Source of the DNA: a virus
IMG/VR virus record: IMGVR_UViG_3300027143_000001
Location: 1 to 64,000 of that record
Strand: one strand, 5' to 3'
DNA: 64,000 nucleotides
The notes under the pieces were generated by a model. The model was not told the origin of the DNA and did not search any database. It worked only from the letters and a program-made list of their open reading frames with translations. Positions 8,248 through 16,537 of the stretch are shown in pieces; position 1 is the first letter of the stretch; the number at the start of each line of letters is the position of its first letter. Both the position numbers and the translations under genes were made by a program.

Positions 8248-8716
8248 TGCAGTAATCCCCAGCTACGCTAAGCCGGGTGATGCAGGTATGGACCTGACCG
8301 CCATCTCTCAACGCACTGAGACAGGCACTGATGAGAACGGAGACTACCTGGAGTATGGTACAGGTCTCGCTATTGAAATTCCTGAGGGCCATGTAGGCCT
8401 GATCTTTCCCAGATCATCTGTCAGTAAGAAAGACTTGTTCCTGGCAAATGCAGTAGGTGTAATTGACTCTGGTTACAGAGGAGAGATCAAGCTTCGCTTC
8501 AAACTGGAGCAGACGTTTGACGCTTTAGATTCCTGGGTAGATGACCAACTGTACTACAAAGAAGGTGACCGCAGGTTTTACGCCAACGTATACAAAGTGG
8601 GTGACAAGATCGGCCAGTTGATGATCATCCCTTACCCACACGTAGAGTTGGTAGAGACTGAAGAACTGGGTAGTTCAGACCGTGGTGAAAGTGGATTTGG
8701 CTCAACAGGAAAGTGA
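8216..8716 (+). CDS. dut: trimeric dUTPase
   Basis: Motifs AGMDL, PRSS, GVIDSGYRGEI, GQL, RGESGFGSTG. Confidence 0.97.
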   Translation: MKIQIKKLHIDAVIPSYAKPGDAGMDLTAISQRTETGTDENGDYLEYGTGLAIEIPEGHVGLIFPRSSVSKKDLFLANAVGVIDSGYRGEIKLRFKLEQTFDALDSWVDDQLYYKEGDRRFYANVYKVGDKIGQLMIIPYPHVELVETEELGSSDRGESGFGSTGK

Positions 8717-8871
8717 TGAAAGGAACTATAGGTTTTAACACAACACGCTTCGGGGTTTGTCTCTATGCCAAGAGACAGCCCCTTAGGGAGCGCTACCGCT
8801 ACAAGATTCTGGTACATGTACTGGTTCTTGAAGCAACACTTAAATTTAATCCGCCATGGAAATCAACATGA
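8716..8871 (+). CDS. 51-aa hypothetical protein (not in ORF track)
   Basis: TGATG overlap with dut and ATGA overlap with next gene. Confidence 0.5.
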   Translation: MKGTIGFNTTRFGVCLYAKRQPLRERYRYKILVHVLVLEATLKFNPPWKST

Positions 8872-9224
8872 ATAGCGGCCAAGTAGAGGTGATTAGCCCC
8901 TACGGTCGCATCTATTTGTATACTCATGATCATGCCGCCCGGCTGACCAATGACGTATACTCAGCCCTTGCTGCCGGTCAGCGCTGGGATGATGCAGACT
9001 ATCTTGCAAAGATTGTATTCTGTCATATGGTACCACTGGAGTGCTGGGAACAAGACAGAGGTTACGGTATTGGTACACAGTTGTACGTTGACATAAACCT
9101 GCTGATTACAGTAGACACCGTCAAGCAACAAGTCACCATTACTTCAGCCAAAGACAAGTCGTTCAGATACCAGGGCACATTCCAGGAATTTGTAGAAGAG
9201 TATACCAGAGGTGCACAATTTTAA
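8868..9224 (+). CDS. hypothetical protein
   Basis: IYLYTH...RWDD.DYLA..VF motif; ATG 8868 preferred (8856 possible). Confidence 0.75.
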   Translation: MNSGQVEVISPYGRIYLYTHDHAARLTNDVYSALAAGQRWDDADYLAKIVFCHMVPLECWEQDRGYGIGTQLYVDINLLITVDTVKQQVTITSAKDKSFRYQGTFQEFVEEYTRGAQF

Positions 9225-9256
9225 ACTTTGAAAGTTTAAACTTTTGTATACATTTG
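9222..9256 (+). promoter_or_regulatory. putative promoter with overlapping palindromes upstream of att core and integrase
   Basis: TTTG 9227-9230 plus TACATTTG 9249-9256; palindromes TAAACTTT-G-AAAGTTTA (9222-9238) and AAAGTTTAAACTTT (9231-9244). Confidence 0.5.
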
Positions 9257-9427
9257 TGGAGATACGTGGATGATTGACCAAAAGCTTTTGAAACGCAGTG
9301 TGGTAGCGGGTTTTAACGGGGGTTCGAATCCCTCTCTCTCCGCTGGTTGCACCTAACTCGTTGATAATCAATGGTTTTGTCAGTGTAAAACAGGTCATAA
9401 ACAGTGATTCTTTTGTGGAGTTACGTG
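9253..9427 (+). other. attP-like attachment site
   Basis: Core 9317-9343 CGGGGGTTCGAATCCCTCTCTCTCCGC (T arm and 3' acceptor of a tRNA-Ser); direct repeats TTTGTGGAG(A/T)TACGTG at 9253-9268 and 9412-9427; IHF consensus on minus strand at 9354-9366. Confidence 0.8.
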
Positions 9428-9495
9428 TATGGTTTGAAAATCTGAAAACTGTTCAAAAGCCCTGTCCACGCTATCATAGGTAAAAAATAAACCAT

Positions 9496-10671
9496 ATGAT
9501 AGTATACTTCTTTACAAGACCTGGCAGAAGGGAACAGCGTTACCTGTACTGCAGGCTCACTTACAAAGGTAAGAATGCGGAGTTTAAACTGAACTATGTT
9601 ATAACCCCTCTGGACAACCAGGTGGGTACGTACAAAGCTCAGGTCATGCAGGATCTGATGGAGCTGTTTAACCTACGCCTGATCAGGAACCTTACCACAG
9701 ACCCCCAGGTTATTAAGCATCTGTACCTGAACAAAACGGAGGAGCACTACCTGCTGAAGCTCTATGAGGAATTCATGGACAAGAAGATCAAACCCAAGGT
9801 AGAGAAGAATGACCTGGGTAAAGCCACGCTGGAGAAGTTCATGTGTGTATACGAACACCTCAAAGACTTTCTCAACAGCCGTGGCAAAAGCGACATCAAC
9901 CTGTTGCTGGTTACCGCTTCCTTTGTCGAAGAGTTTGATGACTTTCTCAGGCAGTTCAACGGGCATAACACCGCTATGAAAAACCTTTACAGGCTAAAGG
10001 CTGTGACTACCTATGCCTATAAAGTAAAGCGCTACATCACCGAGGACCCGTTTGCGGGTAAGCTCCTTACCCTTAAGAAAGTATCACCTGTGTACCTCAC
10101 AGAAACGGAGCTTAAGATGCTCATTGCTAAAACGATGGCGATGCCAAGACTGGAGCATGTCAAGGACTTGTTCTTGTTCCAATGCTTTACCGGCCTGGCT
10201 TACGCTGACATGCGCAATCTAAGGAGAGAGTGGATAGATCAGATGATAATCAAAACTACCAGGCAAAAAAGTGGAGAACCAACACTTGCATTTATGTATC
10301 AAACTGCACGCAACATATTGGAAAAATACCACTACAAATTGCCAATAGTTTCAAATCAGAAAATGAATGCGTATCTTAAGGAAATCGCAGACATTTGTTG
10401 CATATCTAAGAAACTCACCACGCACGTAGCACGACACACATACGCAACAACCGTAAACTTAAAAAATGGTGTATCATTGCAAACAGTTCAAAAGTTGTTG
10501 GGTCATGCGACAATCAAACAAACGGAACACTATGCACGTTTGGATGAAAATGACATACGTTTGACGTGCAAAAAGGCAAGTAAGAAAGTAAACAAGCTGT
10601 ACAATTTACCTGCACAGCTACAATTTTTTGACACACAAATTCCAGTTAATGGCAAAGAAGAAAATCAGTGA
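9496..10671 (+). CDS. int: Bacteroidota-type tyrosine integrase
   Basis: N-terminal arm-binding-like region, SAM-like middle, FTGLAYAD, RQKS, SNQKMNAYLKEIA, HVARHT, LLGH, TEHYA (catalytic Tyr). Confidence 0.95.
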   Translation: MIVYFFTRPGRREQRYLYCRLTYKGKNAEFKLNYVITPLDNQVGTYKAQVMQDLMELFNLRLIRNLTTDPQVIKHLYLNKTEEHYLLKLYEEFMDKKIKPKVEKNDLGKATLEKFMCVYEHLKDFLNSRGKSDINLLLVTASFVEEFDDFLRQFNGHNTAMKNLYRLKAVTTYAYKVKRYITEDPFAGKLLTLKKVSPVYLTETELKMLIAKTMAMPRLEHVKDLFLFQCFTGLAYADMRNLRREWIDQMIIKTTRQKSGEPTLAFMYQTARNILEKYHYKLPIVSNQKMNAYLKEIADICCISKKLTTHVARHTYATTVNLKNGVSLQTVQKLLGHATIKQTEHYARLDENDIRLTCKKASKKVNKLYNLPAQLQFFDTQIPVNGKEENQ

Positions 10672-10987
10672 TGTTCAACTCAAAGTTCTAAAGGACATGG
10701 TTACACAAGGCATCACACCAGAAGAGATTAGTAAACATTTTGGCATTGCAGTAAGCAGTGTACACAATTACAAGCGCCAGCTAAAAGATGCCGGTGTAAG
10801 TATTCCTGACATCAGGGGTAAAAAACCTTCTGACAAAGATGGTCCCGCGGTAGAAACACTTCATGCTATTACTCCTGCCAAGAACGCCCCCGGATTTACC
10901 GTGATCATAAACGGTATCTCTATCTACGTAGCCAACTCCGCCAAGCATGTGTCTGTCGGTCCTGACACCCTTACCGTAAGCTTCTAA
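10649..10987 (+). CDS. HTH DNA-binding protein (candidate directionality factor or repressor)
   Basis: GITPEEISKHFGIAVSSVHNYK helix-turn-helix; overlaps int 3' end; ATG 10649 preferred. Confidence 0.8.
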   Translation: MAKKKISDVQLKVLKDMVTQGITPEEISKHFGIAVSSVHNYKRQLKDAGVSIPDIRGKKPSDKDGPAVETLHAITPAKNAPGFTVIINGISIYVANSAKHVSVGPDTLTVSF

Positions 10988-11012
10988 AGTTTTCTCTGCA
11001 TATAAATTGCAC

Positions 11013-11041
11013 AAGCCATCTCCGAAAAGGGATGGCTTTTT
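11013..11041 (+). terminator. intrinsic terminator closing int-HTH unit
   Basis: AAGCCATC-TCCGAAAAGG-GATGGCTT followed by T run. Confidence 0.85.
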
Positions 11042-11078
11042 GCTGTGCATAATTAATTATAGCAATGTAGTGGCAAAG

Positions 11079-11117
11079 ATGTAGAAGTGTTCATATATTT
11101 GTAGACCTACCTCTACA
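11079..11117 (+). promoter_or_regulatory. promoter of replication operon with TGTAGA motifs
   Basis: TATATTTG 11094-11101; TTGTAGAC 11099-11106; CTCTACA 11111-11117. Confidence 0.55.
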
Positions 11118-11157
11118 GTTTTGGTATACTTTAGTGACTAGTTTTTAGACTTGCACT

Positions 11158-11442
11158 ATGTTATATCAGCTACCCAACGGTAAGTGTGTGGAATTGACCA
11201 TAGAGCAGTTCTTGCGGATGACAGATGAAGAACTGAAAGGAATGGTAGCCTTCAATGCTGGGGATGAGGTCAACGACCCGTTTGCCCTGAGTGTTTTGCG
11301 CTACGGTCCTCATCACCTGAGTGAGGATGTAGAGGACGTTGACGATTACAAAGAAGTCCCTCTTTCTGATCTTACGGAAGTTGACCTGGAAGAAAAGCTT
11401 TATGATGATGACTTCATAGACTTTGACAACCTGGAAACCTAA
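11158..11442 (+). CDS. acidic hypothetical protein
   Basis: MLYQLPNGK...TIEQFL.MTDEEL; acidic tail. Confidence 0.8.
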   Translation: MLYQLPNGKCVELTIEQFLRMTDEELKGMVAFNAGDEVNDPFALSVLRYGPHHLSEDVEDVDDYKEVPLSDLTEVDLEEKLYDDDFIDFDNLET

Positions 11443-11502
11443 CTGTATTGCATATACGGTTAGTCACTGTAGCATTACGCTGCCTGAAAAAACTATGCAC
11501 CT

Positions 11503-11916
11503 ATGCAAGCTAAACCTAAAATGTGCGCAGGTTGCAGTGAGCTCAAGCCTATATGGAAGAACCATGAAGGTAAGAAGTACTGCAAGGACTGCTGGCACAA
11601 ACAAGATGTCGTAAAGACACCCTCCCAACGCAGGCCACTGAAGCCTGTCTCTGACAAGAAAGACGTCCTGGATGTCTTATACTCAAAAATGCGCAAGGAA
11701 TTCCTGGAGAAACCAGAGAACGCCACCTGTCGCGCCAAGCTGCCCGTATGCCAGGGTGGATTTAAACAACAACTCACCGTACATCACACCAAGGGTCGTG
11801 GCAGGTATTACCTGGACGCCACCACCTGGGTGCCGTTATGTATGGCATGCCACCGCTGGGTCGAGGAACACCATGCGGAAGCCAAAGATATGTTCCTATC
11901 ACAACACAGAAATTGA
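11503..11916 (+). CDS. Zn-finger + HNH-like nuclease
   Basis: CAGC, CKDC; HH..GRG...LCMACHRWVE. Confidence 0.75.
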   Translation: MQAKPKMCAGCSELKPIWKNHEGKKYCKDCWHKQDVVKTPSQRRPLKPVSDKKDVLDVLYSKMRKEFLEKPENATCRAKLPVCQGGFKQQLTVHHTKGRGRYYLDATTWVPLCMACHRWVEEHHAEAKDMFLSQHRN

Positions 11917-11918
11917 CT

Positions 11919-12158
11919 ATGAAAAAGTTTATTGGTTACTACATCATTGGTGCGCAAAATCAACAAGACGCACAAAGCGAAAAAGGATTGTTGTTATGGA
12001 CAACAGTTAAACCCAGCTGGTTTAAACGTACACTGAATCGTGTGCTGTTAAACATCTATTGGGTAGACAAAGAGCGCTACAGCGCTGAGAAAGAAAGTAG
12101 AAATCCTGATGTCCAGTTACATAAAGTACGCTGGAGCAAACAACCAAACGAAAAATAA
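11919..12158 (+). CDS. hypothetical protein
   Basis: ATG 11919 right after upstream stop; TAATG overlap downstream. Confidence 0.65.
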   Translation: MKKFIGYYIIGAQNQQDAQSEKGLLLWTTVKPSWFKRTLNRVLLNIYWVDKERYSAEKESRNPDVQLHKVRWSKQPNEK

Positions 12159-13288
12159 TGATAAGCACAGGATCATCTAAACGTGAGATGATCCAGCAGG
12201 AGGCCCTGGCAGCCACAGTGGGTAAATACCGCTGTGGTCTTGCCGTCTCTATGGGTGTAGGTAAAACATACATTGGCTTGCAGCACATGCAGCGCGAGTA
12301 TACCTATGCTCAACAGATGGGCACTATCCCCAAGTTCCTGGTAGTGGCACCCAAGGTGGCCATATTCCAGAGCTGGAAAGACGACGCTGAAAAGTTTGGC
12401 CTCGATCACCTGCTGGAGTTCATCAATTTTACAACGTACATATCGCTGTCCAAACAGCACAATGACTATACCTGTATCTACCTGGACGAATGTCACAGTT
12501 TGTTATACAGCCATGAATTCTACCTGGGCACGTTCCCTGGTCAGATCCTGGGATTAACCGGTACACCACCGCGCTACAAAAATTCTGAAAAGGGTGAGAT
12601 GGTCAGCAAGTTCTGTCCCATTGCATACAGCTACATCACTGACGATGCAGTTGATGACAAGATCCTTAACGATTACAAGATCATTGTACACCAATTGGAA
12701 CTGTCCACTCAGAAGAACTATCCTGTCAAGACAAAGACAGGTGGGCAGTTCATGACCTCTGAGCAGGATCATTATGCATACTGGACCAATCGCATTGCAG
12801 ATACCACCAATTTTGCACAGCAAAAGATCTTTCGCATCATGCGCATGAAAGCCATGATGGAGTACAGAACCAAGGAGAACTACAGCAAGGCATTGCTTGA
12901 CATGATCCACGACAAGTGTATTGTGTTCTGTAATACTACTGAACAGGCCGACCGCATCTGCCGCGACAGCTACCACTCTAAAAATCCTGACAGTGAAGAC
13001 AATCTCATTGCGTTCAAGGATGGCCAGATTGAGCAGCTTAGCTGCGTGTTGCAACTCAGCGAAGGTGTGAACATTCCAAACCTCAAAGCAGGTATTATCC
13101 TGCATGCGTACAGCAATGAACGCAAGAGTGCACAGCGAATAGGCAGGTTGCTTCGCCTTAATCCTGATGACAAGGCTGTGATTCACATACTGATGTACCG
13201 CGGTACGCAGGATGAGCAGTGGGTGCAGGAAGCACTTAAGGATCTGGACCCTGAGAAAATAAGTTATACGTACTCTATGATTGACTGA
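12158..13288 (+). CDS. superfamily 2 (DExH) helicase
   Basis: GVGKT, DECH, LTGT, EGVNIP, QRIGRLLR. Confidence 0.95.
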   Translation: MISTGSSKREMIQQEALAATVGKYRCGLAVSMGVGKTYIGLQHMQREYTYAQQMGTIPKFLVVAPKVAIFQSWKDDAEKFGLDHLLEFINFTTYISLSKQHNDYTCIYLDECHSLLYSHEFYLGTFPGQILGLTGTPPRYKNSEKGEMVSKFCPIAYSYITDDAVDDKILNDYKIIVHQLELSTQKNYPVKTKTGGQFMTSEQDHYAYWTNRIADTTNFAQQKIFRIMRMKAMMEYRTKENYSKALLDMIHDKCIVFCNTTEQADRICRDSYHSKNPDSEDNLIAFKDGQIEQLSCVLQLSEGVNIPNLKAGIILHAYSNERKSAQRIGRLLRLNPDDKAVIHILMYRGTQDEQWVQEALKDLDPEKISYTYSMID

Positions 13289-13289
13289 T

Positions 13290-13682
13290 ATGCAGAACGC
13301 TACAGTACATTACATCAAAAAAGATGGACAGCTGGTACTTGCATCCGACCGTGATGCGGGTGCCCTCAAGCTGTTCAACATGTCTCTCAAAGAGGGCGAC
13401 ACCATTGAGGTGTATTTGACAAAAACAGACGGCAACAAGAAGACTCTTGGTCAACTGGCCAAGATCCACAAGATGATACGTGACCTGGCCAACTTTACCG
13501 GCAATGATTTTGACGATTTGAAGGATGAAGTTAAACGACGGGCAGGTCTCTATGTCATCACAGGGACAGATGAAAAAGGCACAGAACTCAAAAGCTTTGC
13601 AGAATGCTCCAAAGAAGAGATATCCTCAGCCATTGAGATCTGTGTACAGCTCGGTCACCTTGTGGGTTTCTACGCTGATTAA
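13290..13682 (+). CDS. NinB/Orf-like recombination-associated protein
   Basis: KT.GQLAKIH.MIRDLA.FTG..FDDLK..VK pattern. Confidence 0.55.
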   Translation: MQNATVHYIKKDGQLVLASDRDAGALKLFNMSLKEGDTIEVYLTKTDGNKKTLGQLAKIHKMIRDLANFTGNDFDDLKDEVKRRAGLYVITGTDEKGTELKSFAECSKEEISSAIEICVQLGHLVGFYAD

Positions 13683-13990
13683 AGCTCAGAGTCAAGCATG
13701 TCTCGCAGTTCTTCTGCAGTGACTTGCTTGATGAATCCCTGTTCTTTTGCCATGGCTTCAAACTCTTTGCAAAGAATGAGCATGGTTTCATAGTGCTTCA
13801 CCCAGTCTTCTGTAATCGTTTGGTTACGGATCTGATCATGAGCACCGTTGATCTGTTCGGAGTTCTTGCCTTTCACAAAATGGGCAGTTGCCTCCTGAAT
13901 ACGACGATAGTAACCTGAGCTCATCTTGACGCTGACTACAGCTTCCTGCGTAATCACGTCAAAGCGTTGTTCTGATTTTGGAGTTTCCAT
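13679..13990 (-). CDS. hypothetical protein, lone antisense gene
   Basis: ATG ORF filling the gap, with its own upstream -33/-7-like promoter. Confidence 0.75.
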   Translation of the reverse strand: METPKSEQRFDVITQEAVVSVKMSSGYYRRIQEATAHFVKGKNSEQINGAHDQIRNQTITEDWVKHYETMLILCKEFEAMAKEQGFIKQVTAEELRDMLDSEL

Positions 13991-14012
13991 GTAAACTTAA
14001 GATAGATATTGT

Positions 14013-14050
14013 TCTACAAATGTAAACGTAAATTAATCTGACTCTACAAA
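14013..14050 (-). promoter_or_regulatory. minus-strand promoter with TTGTAGA motifs
   Basis: Minus strand TTTGTAGAG (14050-14042) ... TACATTTGTAGA (14024-14013). Confidence 0.55.
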
Positions 14051-14051
14051 C

Positions 14052-14768
14052 ATGACACAAAATGTTACAGTAAATCATGAAGAGGTTGTAAAAAAGCTCT
14101 CCAGTATGCTTAAAGACTCCGGCTGGCACAATGTGCTTAAGGGTTTCCTGGTTTCTGAGGATTTCAAAAATATCCTGATGACCTTAAACACCATGGTCAA
14201 TGACGGACAGCGGTTCACACCACCGCTCAAACAGGTGTTCAGGGCATTTCAAGAGTGTCCATACGATCAGTTGCGTGTGGTTGTAGTGGGCCAGGACCCT
14301 TACCCCCAGTTGGGAGTTGCGGATGGCATTGCCTTTTCATGTGGCAACACTAAAAAACCTGAAGCATCACTACGCCACATTCTAAAAGCTGTAAATGAAA
14401 CAGTGTACAGCGGTAAACTAGACATAAAAGAAGTTGATCCTGATCTGACACGCTGGTCAAACCAGGGAGTACTTATGCTTAACACGGCTCTGACAACCGA
14501 GGTAGGCAAGATAGGTAAACACTTTGACATATGGCAACCTTTTATTGCATATCTCATAGACATGCTTAGCAAGAACGACCGCTCGCTTGTATGGGTATTC
14601 ATGGGTAAACAAGCCCAGGCACTCTCAGATATGGTGGATGATCATCATACGGTGCTTACCTGTTCACACCCTGCGTCTGCTGCATACCAAAAACAACAGC
14701 TATGGAACTGCAACGACGTATTCAACAAGGTGAACGAAGCGCTGATTCATGATCCCATTGTGTGGTAA
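14052..14768 (+). CDS. ung: uracil-DNA glycosylase (family 1)
   Basis: GQDPYP, ADGIAFS, QGVLMLNTALT, SHPAS. Confidence 0.96.
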   Translation: MTQNVTVNHEEVVKKLSSMLKDSGWHNVLKGFLVSEDFKNILMTLNTMVNDGQRFTPPLKQVFRAFQECPYDQLRVVVVGQDPYPQLGVADGIAFSCGNTKKPEASLRHILKAVNETVYSGKLDIKEVDPDLTRWSNQGVLMLNTALTTEVGKIGKHFDIWQPFIAYLIDMLSKNDRSLVWVFMGKQAQALSDMVDDHHTVLTCSHPASAAYQKQQLWNCNDVFNKVNEALIHDPIVW

Positions 14769-14793
14769 AAAGTTATGAACACCGCTCAATTTT

Positions 14794-14840
14794 TTTGTAG
14801 AGGTAAGTTGCAATAGCTCTACAATATGCATATCTTAGCA
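14794..14840 (+). promoter_or_regulatory. promoter/operator upstream of dnaB
   Basis: Inverted pair TTGTAGAG (14795-14802)/CTCTACAA (14817-14824); TATCTTAG -7-like. Confidence 0.5.
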
Positions 14841-14860
14841 AACTCTTTTCCGCATATTTA

Positions 14861-15871
14861 ATGTATTCACCAACGCCTGCTGGAACCGCCAGCACCACTA
14901 AATCCGTCTCTTCAAAACCCTGGAAGAAGTACACGGAAATCATGCAACAGGGTATTGACTACATATCCTCCCGCGCAAAGGGAGAGATTAAATCCTTAAG
15001 GACTCAGTGGGAAGGGTTCAACAAGATCGGACTCAACGGTATTGAGTGGCAATCGCTTTACGTACTGGCAGCCAGACCGGGCGTAGGTAAGACATTGATT
15101 GCATCCTCACTTACCCGTGAGTTGCAACGCCTCAACAAAGACCAGGACTTTGCAGTGCTGCACTTTCAGTTTGAGATGCTGGGTCGCAACATTGCATTGC
15201 GTGAGTTGTCCAGTGCCAACCGTTTGAACATCCGTTATCTGCAAAGTTCAGGAGATGACGACATGCCACCGCTTACTGCAAGTGATATGAAAAAACTCAC
15301 TGACTATGTAGCTACGCAGGGACACCGCCAGGACTATGTCATTGACACGGCCCTTACGGTAAGCGAGATGCGCAAAGCCCTTATTGATTTTTACAAAGAC
15401 GTAAAAAAACCTTTTGTGGTTACACTGGACCATACGCTCCTGGTTAAACAAAGCGGAACAGAGACCAGTCGCCAGCAAACATTGCAGAACCTGGCAACCA
15501 TGCTGACAGAAATGAAGAACGCTCTTCCTGTTACCTTTCTGATCCTCACCCAGCTTAACCGTGAGATCGATGACCCTGAACGCCAGCGACCTGGCTCGTT
15601 GAGCAACTACCCTACAGAGGCGGACGTGTATGGCTCTGACTACCTGCTGCAATGTGCAGACGTCATGGTGGCATGGAACCGTCCTGCCAAGTACAATCTG
15701 AGTATCTATGGTCCGCTGAAGTACATCATCACTCCTGATGATAAGTTTCTGCTGGCCATGCACGTACTCAAAAATCGTTTTGGTGACACCGGTATCCAAT
15801 GGTATCGTGCAGAGTATGCACTGATGACCGTCACAGAGACCGCCACACCGCATCAACAACCTAGAAAGTAA
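14861..15871 (+). CDS. dnaB: DnaB-like replicative helicase
   Basis: AARPGVGKT, FEM, LDH, LTQLNR, LKNRFG. Confidence 0.93.
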   Translation: MYSPTPAGTASTTKSVSSKPWKKYTEIMQQGIDYISSRAKGEIKSLRTQWEGFNKIGLNGIEWQSLYVLAARPGVGKTLIASSLTRELQRLNKDQDFAVLHFQFEMLGRNIALRELSSANRLNIRYLQSSGDDDMPPLTASDMKKLTDYVATQGHRQDYVIDTALTVSEMRKALIDFYKDVKKPFVVTLDHTLLVKQSGTETSRQQTLQNLATMLTEMKNALPVTFLILTQLNREIDDPERQRPGSLSNYPTEADVYGSDYLLQCADVMVAWNRPAKYNLSIYGPLKYIITPDDKFLLAMHVLKNRFGDTGIQWYRAEYALMTVTETATPHQQPRK

Positions 15872-15883
15872 ACAGTTACACGT

Positions 15884-16537
15884 ATGAGTTACACAAGTAC
15901 TGAATCCAAAAAACACATCACGGAAATCACCGCAGAGTGGCGCCCGTTTTGGCAAACGGTGTTTGACACACACCCCAACACCAACCCATTCTTTTCCGCC
16001 AAGCTTTGCTATATGGGCAAAGAGTTCAGCGGAGGTTCATCGCGTGAGGAATGCATTCGCTTCTTCCCCAATGAACTCAACAATGAAGACGGTGTATACT
16101 GTGAGTTGTTCAATTGGGAGCAAGGACACTACCATGAAGGCTACAGGGTGCTTTATCATCTGCCCTATGACCCGCACTGGAGAACAAGCCCTGACTACAA
16201 AGAGGTGACTACCACTGCATCCGGTGCCAAGCTGACCACACCTACCTATGTGGTAAAGCTTAGCCACCTTAAGCAAGTGAACAAGACAACCGTAAAGGCA
16301 CTCGTGCCTGAGATGACAAGTAAAGAAGCAGCGACGCCCGATCTTTTTTCAGCCAAGATTGAGGACCTGCTTGACGAAGAAAAGTACACAGAAGCGTACA
16401 GCGAGATGGATGATGATCACTACACCAAGATGACCATCCGCGACCTGTACTGCATCATGCAGAACGTTCCTTTGTCCAACAAGAAATGGCTGAATCAACT
16501 TATTCATAAAGGTAAACAATGGCAGAATCAAAAGTAG
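15884..16537 (+). CDS. hypothetical protein
   Basis: ORF in replication block; C-terminal MTIRD...P.S.K.WLN.LI. Confidence 0.8.
   Translation: MSYTSTESKKHITEITAEWRPFWQTVFDTHPNTNPFFSAKLCYMGKEFSGGSSREECIRFFPNELNNEDGVYCELFNWEQGHYHEGYRVLYHLPYDPHWRTSPDYKEVTTTASGAKLTTPTYVVKLSHLKQVNKTTVKALVPEMTSKEAATPDLFSAKIEDLLDEEKYTEAYSEMDDDHYTKMTIRDLYCIMQNVPLSNKKWLNQLIHKGKQWQNQK

Noticed and set aside
9258-9342. Full-length tRNA-Ser(TGA): GGAGATA pairs 6/7 with TCTCTCC and a TTTGAAA loop is present
   Set aside because: D and anticodon stems do not form (2 of 5 bp), and the 5' GGAG belongs to the direct repeat. It is better explained as an att core, though a decayed tRNA cannot be fully excluded.
8216-14768. Uracil-substituted or hypermodified genome
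   Set aside because: dUTPase plus UNG act to exclude uracil, and no base-modification enzymes were recognised in the window.
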